From the human T2T-CHM13v2.0 reference genome, Homo sapiens, in NCBI RefSeq assembly GCF_009914755.1, contig NC_060932.1: 64,000 nucleotides of DNA; one strand, given 5' to 3'. The notes under the pieces were generated by a model, which had not been told where the DNA came from, searched no databases, and saw only the letters and a program-made list of their open reading frames with translations. The translations under genes were made by a program, and so were the position numbers. Of the stretch, positions 54,284 to 64,000 are shown piece by piece. Position 1 is the first letter of the stretch. Each line of letters opens with the position of its first letter.

Positions 54284-54550
54284 CTAAAATACTTTTAATA
54301 AGATTGTCTCATCCTTCTCTTGGTTTTCCAATGGAAATGGTGGTATAGCAAGTCCATCTGAAACACTTCTGCAAAATAACAATGAAGCTAATCACCGTGG
54401 GAAACATTTACATCATATGTATTTGCATACAGAGGAAATTGATAATCTTGAGACATCAGCATACTAGAATAGCAAGAGACATGTTTTATTCTATTATATT
54501 CTCTTAGTCAGCAATTTTTAATTGTTGCTTAAAGGAAACTGAATAAAACG

Positions 54551-54825
54551 TGGGCGCAGTGGCTCCCACCTCTAATCCCAGCACTTTGGGAAGTTGAGGA
54601 GAGAGGATCGCTTCAGCCCAAGAGTTTGAGACCAGCATAGGCAACATAGTGAGACCCCATCTCTACAAAAAATATTTTTTAAAATTAGTCGAGCATGGCG
54701 GTGGCTCCCTGTAGTTCCAGCTACATGGAGGGCTGAGGTGGGAGGATCACTTGAACCAGGGAGGTCAAGGCTGCACCCTGGCCTGGGCAACAAAGCCAAA
54801 CCCTGTGTCAAAAAAAAAAAAAAAA
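54551..54825 (+). mobile_element. AluJ with a right-arm deletion
   Basis: ggtcaaggctgca joins directly to ccctggcctgggcaac (deletion between two ctgca words). Confidence 0.92.
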
Positions 54826-55973
54826 TACGTAAAGCAACAGTTTTTCTATAACGGATTGCATGGTAAAAGGAAGGATGACTTTCTTACTATAACTCCTTAT
54901 GATAATTTTTTCCAAAGTGTTAATCTTAGGGGTTGAAATTTTTATAGGTAATCATTAACTTTAGTAGAACATTATTTTAAAGTTTAGGTATTTCATCTGA
55001 GTATATTACTCTGGCTTTCCTAAGCTAGCTTAGTTATATATGTTCACTTCAGTTTGAGTCTCCACTAAATTTTAACATGAACAAAATATTATATGCAACA
55101 CCATAGAAGCAATTGTTAAATCATTGTTACTTTTAATATCACCTAAATCTAACCTAAGTAAATGCGTTTATTTTTATTACCAACTGATGTAGATATACCC
55201 ACATGGACAGAAAACAGCATAAACCACCAAAAGGACTTGAAAATTCCCTCTTCAAGACTTCTTTTGCCAATGACTAATGTTTAATGCTATTTGCTAGAGA
55301 TTCTGGTGCCAGGAGGATTTCTAACCAGGTTATTTTATCAATAGGAATAAAATATCGAGGGCTTAAATTAGTGTAATCTCTCAAGATCTTGAATTTGACA
55401 TTTTCATAATTTTTACTTAATCATAGCTCCTGGGGATTGGAATTACTCTTTTAGCTGGCCCGAGTCTGGGAGGAGGATCCAAAGTCTTTGAGTTGTTTTC
55501 TTTTATTTCTTTTTAGCCCCTAAAGCACTGGAAATGGTTGGCCCTGAAGTGCTCCTAAGGTAACCGCAAGATGAGGCAAAACAGGATTGAGATGAAAACC
55601 AAGCTCACCCACATCCTACGTCAATTAGCTATTTTTTTTTCTGTGTAAACAATGGGAGGGAGGTGGATTGTAGCTTTTATGGTAGAGGTTCCTCGGCACC
55701 TCCTGACGCCCCCAGGGGTCCCCCCTGCCACTGCCCTCAGCCCAAATATAAGCTGACAACAAAATGTTTCTTCAAAGTGCTCATTGTTTACTCTATTCTG
55801 GCTTCTTCTTAAAGGTCATCATCATGTTGAATTATCTTGAGAAAATCCTCTGAAGTGTATGTGTGTGTGTGTGTTTAGGAAGGATGTGAGGAGGATTGGG
55901 AGGTGAGTCTCTGAATAACAAGTTGAAAAAAGAGTATGGAGGAAAGCGGTGTTTAAAATTGTCCAAAGCCATC

Positions 55974-56297
55974 GGCCGGGCATGATGGCTCACGCCTCTA
56001 ATCCCAACGATTTGAGAGGCTGAGGTGGGAAAATTGCTTGAGCCCAGGAGTTTGAGACCAGTCTGGGCAACATGGTGAAACCCCATCTCTACAAAAAAAG
56101 TACAACAATTAGCTGGGCATGGTGGTGCATGCCTGCAGTCCCAGATACTCAGGAGGCTGAGATGGGAGGATCACTTGAGCCTAGGAGTTTAGGGCTGCAA
56201 TGAGATGTGAGTGCACCACCATACTCTAGCCTGGGCAACAGAGCAAGACCTTGTCTCAAATAATAATAATAATATATAAATAAACAAATAAATAAAA
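55974..56297 (+). mobile_element. AluJ
   Basis: ggccgggcatgatggctcacgcc...cttgagcccaggagtttgag; (AAT)/(AAAT) tail. Confidence 0.95.
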
Positions 56298-56514
56298 TTA
56301 TCCTAAGTGAAATCAGTTGTTGATAGAACTGAAGTACATCAAGCCTAGTGGGACTGTGGTTGTCTCTCCAGCCTAAAAAAAAAAAAGAACAAAAACAACA
56401 ACAAAAAAACTTAACTCCAAAATTGCTGCTGCTCCATTTATTTCAGGTGTAAGACTTCTTTGAGATTTAAAAACAATATAATCATTTACAATGTACTTTG
56501 TTGGACCTAAGCAT

Positions 56515-57000
56515 AGGAAAATTCATTCATTCATTCATTCATTGAGTACCTGTTATATGCCAGGCAATGCACTAGGCACCATCAAAGATGAATAAGCTAT
56601 GTGCTAAAATTCACAGTCTAACAGAAGAAACATGAAAGCAGAGTGGAAATATACTGTGGCAATACATATTTGGATATACTGGTATTAAAAAGTAAGGATG
56701 TTTCAGCTAAATCTTTTTTGGTGTTTATTTTTTAAAAATTCATCTATTAACTTCCTACACACCATGCATATATTCAGCTAAATCTTAAAGTATGAGAAGA
56801 AACATGCCATTCATGAAAGGGAAGAGGGAGCCAGTGCATCAGATACAACCTATGCAATCGTGAAGATTTATGGCAGAGCACAGGATATTTGGGGATTGGC
56901 AGGCATTTCAAAATGGCTGGCACATAAAGTTCCGGGATGGGAACAGGCTGGCAAGAGAAGAGATCATCGGAGCCAAAGTAACTGAACTGTGATTGAATTT
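56515..57000 (-). mobile_element. L2 3' region
   Basis: (ATTC)n tail, attgagtacctgttatatgccaggca... Confidence 0.8.
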
Positions 57001-57218
57001 TAGATATGATAATATCTATAGGAAACCTGGCAACCCGGTGGGCAGGTAAATATGATAGAGCGAAGATAGAATCTTCAGGCCTTCAGGGGACTAAGCAGGA
57101 ATAGAATAATTTTATTGAGCACTTTAAGTGGACATTATGCTAGATTATTTTACATATTTCATCTCCTTTAATTTACACCACAACCCTGTGAGTGCAGGTT
57201 GATAAAGAATTAAATAAA

Positions 57219-57393
57219 ATCCAGGTGAAGTAGCAGCACCTATAGTTCCAGCTACTTGGGAGGCTGAGGTGAGACCATTACTTGAGGCCAAGAGTTCCAG
57301 GCTGTAGTTCACAATGGTTGTGTCTGTGAATAGCCACTGCACTCCTGCCTGGGTGACACAGTGAGACCTCATTTCTAAAAAAGAAAAAAAAAA
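57219..57393 (+). mobile_element. FAM (fossil Alu monomer)
   Basis: Monomer retaining the 7SL-like segment ctgtgaatagccactgcactcc. Confidence 0.8.
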
Positions 57394-57676
57394 TTGAGAC
57401 AGGGTCTCGCTCTGCCACCCAGGCTGGAGTACAGTCACGCAATTACAGCTTACTGCAGCCTTAACCCCCAGGCTCAAACAATCCTCCCACCTCAGCCTCC
57501 CAAATAGCTTGGACTACAGGTACATGTCACCACACCTGGCTATTTTTTGTATTTTTTGTAGAGATGGAGTTTCACCATGTTGCCCAGGCTGGTCTTGAAC
57601 TCCTAGGCTCAAATGATCCTCCTGCTTCCACCTTCCAAAGCGCTGAGATTATAGACGTGAACCACTGCACCTGGTC
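57394..57676 (-). mobile_element. AluJ, tail-to-tail with the FAM
   Basis: ttgagacagggtctcgctctg...actgcagcc...gaaccactgcacctggtc; almost no T tract. Confidence 0.93.
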
Positions 57677-58769
57677 TAGAAATTATTTAATAATAAAAAA
57701 ATGAAGACAGAATTCAATGAAGAGCGTAGAAGAGTCTCTTAAACCTCTGTTTTAAGCTATGAGCCAGGAAAGAGATGGTGGCAAGGGTGAGATGGTTGCA
57801 GTGCTTTTTTGTTCACTTATCTCAGGCCTGTGTGTTCTGAGTTAAAGACAAGTCAGTTGGCAAGAGAAGGAGAGAGGAAGCTTCCCAGAACCATTTGAAG
57901 GAAAATTTGGAAAGTCTTCTCTAAGGGAGTTGCCCTCAACTACCTTTTAACACAAATGGAGGACTGAAAAACAAAACAAAACAAAACAAACAGGAAGGAA
58001 TTGCAGATATACAGATCTTTGGCCTTTCAAACTATGGTATCTCTTAGTACTATTTTATATATTGATAATAATTATAATTTTTCTCAAACTTCCCAAAAGT
58101 GGAACATTGTGGGAAATAATATGGGAGTGGACATTTGAATTTCTGTTTGACTTTGCAGCAGAAATCTCTTTTCTAACTCTCTCTTTCAATCTCACCATCA
58201 GAGCCATCTGATTGCTTGATAACATGATTCTTTTTGCCCAGCCCTTGTTATCCTCCCTCCTGCCCTAGTAACCATGACATAGGCTCCACTCATTTCTACC
58301 TAGGAACCTGGATGCACTGCTTTGCACTATTGCCTCCTGGCAAAACAGGGCAATGAGAAAGGAAATGGAAGCCCAAATTCAGAGCCCTCCTTCCCAGCAC
58401 AAGAATGAGGAGATGCCCTTTTTCCCCGGGGAGGGGGATTCTTCCCTCTCTCTTCAGTAATTGTCTTTATCACTGTCATGTTCTAGCCAGTCTTTATTAT
58501 CCCCGCCACACAAATTTCATGTTCTTCTGGCAGTCAAATCAGGAAATTCAAGGACACAACTGCTCTGGCTTCGTAAAGATGGGGATCAAATTGTTTGAGT
58601 TGCTGATAGCAACTCTTTGCTTCTTGATTCTCCATGCCTCCTCAAGCTTTTTTGGCTGAACTTTTAGCCTTGGAACAGGGTCACTGGAAAATACTTCTTA
58701 ATATCCTTAAATTCTAATTCTAATATTTGCCTTGTTTCATTTTGTTTATTTGGGGAGGATAAAGTTTAG

Positions 58770-59087
<318 letters not shown>

Positions 59088-59109
59088 CCTAACTTCCTTC
59101 TGATCAAGT

Positions 59110-59640
59110 CATTCTCAAAAATAAACATTTAATTGACTGTCAACTACAATGATAATAAGACAATGTTTGCCTTAAATGAGCTCTAAATCTAGTTGAAGGG
59201 ATAACACATGGAATGGACTGGTAATAAAAAGTGGGCTTTGCTTGGTGCTACAGTTGTGATGTGAACTAAAGAGGGAGTGTTTTGGACTGACTTTGAGTTG
59301 GGGAGGCTTTATGGAGGAGGTGACTTTTCAGTTGGGCCTTACGTTGTATTTTATGAAATAAAAAAAGAGGAAAGACAGTCCAAGATGAGAAGACAGTATA
59401 AATAAAGGGACAGAGGCATGGAAGGGAATTTCTTGGCCAAAGGATAGTAAAAAGTACAGAACCACTAAAGTCTAGAGCACATAGGCTAGAGGCTAGAATA
59501 AGTGAGAAATAGCTAATCCTAGGAAGATAAATTGGGGCTTAATTGTAAAAACCTTTGCATGCTATACTAAGAAGCTTTGAGTTCATTCTCTTGGCAACTA
59601 TGAGCCATTACATGTTTCAAAAGATAGATCTGATGGAAAA
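59110..59640 (-). mobile_element. L2
   Basis: ggaggctttatggaggaggtgacttttcagttgggcctt...gcatgctatactaagaagctttgag. Confidence 0.8.
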
Positions 59641-61069
59641 ACAGAAGTATAGAGGGTAGGTAATATTCTAATGTGTAAACTTCTACTGTGAGTCCAAAAG
59701 AATATGGTATCTATCTCTGAACCATGTTCAATATTTTGCTTAGACTGTTCGAACTATGTAAGAATAAGAAATACTAAAGTGTTTTTTCTCTGATATAATA
59801 TTTAAATACCTTTTAGCTATCAATTCCTTCTAATTTCCCTTTAATAAGACATTTACTACAAATAGACATCATTCCCATAGCAATCTTTTCTTGAGACAAA
59901 GAGGTCAGTAGGCCAGGTTCTGCATAGAATATAAGCTATTTTTCCATTTTAGAATGCCACTCTCCATTGATGTCTACTCTCGTTAAGTAGAAAATTCCAA
60001 GAAGTACTAACAAAATTATGTTAATTTGTGTATGTACTGACTTCCAGACATTTGGAACCAGATTCTGAACCTGTAACTCATTTAAATCTTGCCGTGACTT
60101 TGGTTTCCCAAGTTCTAGGTCTTTCTCTGAAAATTTAAAATGCTTCTGGAAAGATATTTTCCATGACACTTTTGCCTTAGGAAAAAAATTTTTGGTCAAC
60201 ATTGGAAGAAAAAAAAACTGAGACAACATATATCTTGCTCCTTAACATATTCTGTATGAAATTAAGGTCTTATTGACAATCTACGTATCAGAGCCTCGTA
60301 CACAGGAGCTATTGAAATGATGTGTCAGTTCAGAAAATCATGTTCATTATTTCTGATTCTCATCATAAACAAGCAGTAAATCACCGTATAAGGGGTGTAT
60401 GCATTAGGGCCTCCCACATAAACTTCACCTCTGCGTGTGTAAACATTTTCTTATTATCGCAAATAATCAACAGGAGAAGAGCAAATGCAAGTTTAGCTTT
60501 TCTCCAGAATGTTTATCATGGTTACTTTAAACTGTTTATAGGAAAGAGTGAACTATAAATGTCTTTCAGGAGGTGGGTAGGACCATATGGCTCAGAGGCT
60601 TTTCTGCAGTAAAATGTTTGGTTAAATTTTAGGCAACAGACAGTCCTTCCACAGCAATTATTTGTGATTTCGAGCATCGTTGTTGATACTCAACTCCTGA
60701 AACAAATAACACCGACCTAAAACATTTATAATAACTGAAGAAACCAGGTTCCTTTTAACCCTGCTAGGATCCAGCTGCCCCCTTGCAACCCATCCCCAGT
60801 CAGCTGCAGCTCAGGCAAGCCCAGCCTTTCCATCCCTGCACATCAGACTGTGGTGCAGAGAAACTCCCTGTGTTCTTCAAAACAAACATTGGATGTAATC
60901 CACCTCAATCTTTTCCATGGTGAGGCTTTACAAATTTTAGTTTTCTCTAAGAAGATAGCCTGTATATTCAATTGCCTGGGTAAAAGTTTAATTTCTGATG
61001 CGTAAAGCATATCCTGCCTTGAAAAATATCTCAGGAAAAATAAAGGCCACAACAGTTTCATGTGTGCCT

Positions 61070-61160
61070 ATATCAGGATTGCTGCTGAGTAAGTTGTGAA
61101 ATGTTTTTGGATTTCTGAGCCATTTGGATTTCAGAATTGTGGAGGAATTCTGGATCTGTA
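61070..61160. mobile_element. MER46C-like Tigger fragment
   Basis: tttggatttcagaattgtggaggaattctggatctgta resembles a TA-flanked MER46C end. Confidence 0.5.
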
Positions 61161-61537
61161 TTTTATTGTGTATTACCAATTATTTTCCTTTCTCTTTTAT
61201 GTGACGGGTAGTATTTTGATTATTTAAAATCATCTTTGTAGAAAAATTATTGGCAGCTATGAATTTCATTTCAAGATATTTAAGATGCCTTAGAAACTTT
61301 TCTAAAAACAGTATAATAGGATTGAGAACCACTCATGTATGGCCTTTACTGTTTCGAGGTTTTTCTTTTTTGACATGTATTATTTGATGAAACCCTATGA
61401 GATTAGGTCTTTACTTCCGAAAGAAGAAAACCAAATTCAAGGGCAATTAAAAACTTGTCAAATGTCTCAATTTTAGTAAGAAAAAAAACCGACATTGGCC
61501 TAGATCTTAATCTGTGCCCAGTCCTCTTCCCATCCCT

Positions 61538-61655
61538 CTTTTTTTTTTTTTTTTTTTTTTTTTGGTGGCTGCTCTCAAATTTTTGGGCTCAAATGAACCT
61601 CCTACCTTGGCCTCCCAACGTGCTGAGATTACAGGCATGAGCCACCGTGCCTGGC
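61538..61655 (-). mobile_element. FLAM/Alu left-arm fragment
   Basis: polyT, gggctcaaatgaacctcctaccttggcctccc...gagccaccgtgcctggcc. Confidence 0.88.
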
Positions 61656-61659
61656 CAGC

Positions 61660-62118
61660 TAAGGTTAATTTAGTATTGAAGAAATATTTTTGTTATGAAT
61701 TTAGTGTAGCCAAGTGTGCAGTGTTTAGACCATCTACAGTAATGCACATTAATGGCCTAGGCCTTCACATTCACTCACCACTCACTCACTGACTCACCCA
61801 GAGCAATGTCTAGTCCTGCAAGCTCCATTCATGGGAAAGGCCTCACACATGTATAACATTTTTTTGTCTTTTATTCTGTATTTTTCTATGTTTAGATAAG
61901 TTTAGATGTATAAATACTTATCCTTGTATTACGGTTCTCTAGTGCTCAGTACAGTGACTTGCTGTACAGGTTTGTAGCCTAGGAACGATAGGTTATACCA
62001 TATAGCCAAGGTGTGTAGTAAGCTGTACCATCTTGGTTCGTGTAAGGACATTCAGTGATGAAATTGCCTACTGACACATTTCTCAGAAGGTACCCCCATC
62101 GTTAAGCAACCATTACTG
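61660..62118 (-). mobile_element. Tigger3b/c fragment
   Basis: ggccttcacattcactcaccactcactcactgactcacccagagcaa...gctgtacaggtttgtagcctagga; terminus catcgttaagcaaccattactg-ta. Confidence 0.88.
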
Positions 62119-62676
62119 TATTAGAAAGCAGAAAAACAAATTCAGCTCCGGACTTAGCCTACCCATATAGCATCATTGGCCAGAAGAAAATCACTTTGCT
62201 TTATGAATCCCAGTTTTCTGCGGGAATGAAATGAGGTACCATACGTGATCCTACCAGCATAACACCTGCCAAATAGTGCACATTCAATACTAAACCATCC
62301 TTTTTATGCCTATAAATAAAGGATTTGTACTATATCAAGAGCTTCTCTATGTCTGAAGTTACAATAGAGTAATTCCAAATTATCTTTCATGGAATCAAAT
62401 CCCTGATGATCCCTTGATTTTCTGAGTTCTGTGAATTTCATCACAGCCCAATTTGACCCATTACTGCTAATTCAGTGTTTTTATTAGTAAATTATATTTC
62501 CAAGTTGAATCAAAACAACAGTATAGCAGGCACAGCTTAAGACACAAGATAAATAAGTTGTTGCATTCACCAGTCAAAATATTTTTAAAAAATCAAGAAG
62601 CAATCACTGAATAGTTTTCCTTGATTTAGATACCAATTAGGTTTAATGACCAAATGAGACTGATAATCAGAGCTGA

Positions 62677-63168
<492 letters not shown>

Positions 63169-63347
63169 TAACAAGAAAACAAATTCTTTAAGTGAGAAAC
63201 AGTACATTTTACACCCTTCCTTTTCACAAAAATCTCACAGTATTTTCTGACTTATGGTCTTGATAATTAGCACTCCTGTTTGCTCGTGTTCTCTTTCTTT
63301 CACAAGCAATGTGATCTTATTTTTAAAAAGGACCTGAGACAAGTAGA

Positions 63348-63771
63348 CAATTGACCCTTGAACAACACAGATTTGAAAAGTTTTGGTCCACCTATACACG
63401 GATTTTCTCCCACCTCTGCCACCCATGAGAGAGCAAGACCAAGCCCTCCTCCATACCCTACTCCATCTGAAGATGACCAGGGTAAAGACCTTTATGGGGA
63501 TTCACTTCCACTTAATTATTAGTAAATATCTTTTCTCTTCCTTATGATTTTCTCAATAAGTTTCCTTTATCTAGCTTACTTTACTGTAAGAATACGGTAT
63601 AGACTACATATAACACACAAACTATGCATTATCAACTATTTATGCTGCTGGTAAGGCTTCTAGTCAACAGTAGGTTATTAATAGCTAAATTCTGGGGGAG
63701 TCAAAAGGTATATGCAGATTTTCACGGGTGGTTGGACCCCCCCAGCATCCATGTTGTTCAAGGGTCAACTG
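63348..63771. mobile_element. Tigger2a (MER28) MITE
   Basis: TIRs caattgacccttgaacaaca / tgttgttcaagggtcaactg. Confidence 0.92.
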
Positions 63772-63815
63772 TATATCCTAATTGTTATTTGACACTGGAA
63801 GAAATTAGATCTCCT

Positions 63816-64000
63816 GGCCGGGCGTAGACTCACGTCTATCATCCCAGCACTTTGGGAGGCCGAGGAGGGTGGATCACCTGAGATCATGAGTTCGAGACCA
63901 GCCTGGCCAACATGGTGAAACCCCAACTCTACTAAAAATACAAAAATTAGCTGGGCGTGGTGGTGGGTGCCTGTAGTCCCAGCTACTCAAGAGGTTGAGG
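63816..64000 (+). mobile_element. AluS, cut by the window end
   Basis: ggccgggcgt...cccagcactttgggaggccgagg...tactaaaaatacaaaaattagc. Confidence 0.95.

Overview
Primate (human-like) non-coding genomic DNA: AT-rich, CpG-depleted, with no CpG island and no protein-coding gene that I can support. The ORFs in the track are short and are either Alu/L1/LTR-derived or unrecognisable. The window is dominated by transposable-element fossils: about 30 Alu/FAM copies or fragments, several L1 3' ends (one with an inverted 5' segment), L2/MIR fragments, solo LTRs (THE1, MSTA, MLT2, MLT1) and Tigger/hAT MITEs (MER44, MER47, Tigger3, Tigger2a, MER2, MER5A, MER33, MER58A). Subfamily names come from my memory of consensus sequences, and repeat boundaries are approximate unless a TSD is quoted. 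The most unusual signal is a set of local template-switch scars. A 131-bp inverted duplication (20493-20623 / 21968-22098) replaces most of an Alu at a palindromic junction. Two further short copies derive from sequence 1.3-1.8 kb downstream, and there are several perfect short-spacer inverted repeats. Other candidates: an interrupted tRNA-Lys-like relic with a perfect A box, two double E-boxes with 5-nt spacing, a 57-bp TSD-flanked orphan retro-insert, and two non-coding exon candidates. I found no evidence for a new multi-gene system.
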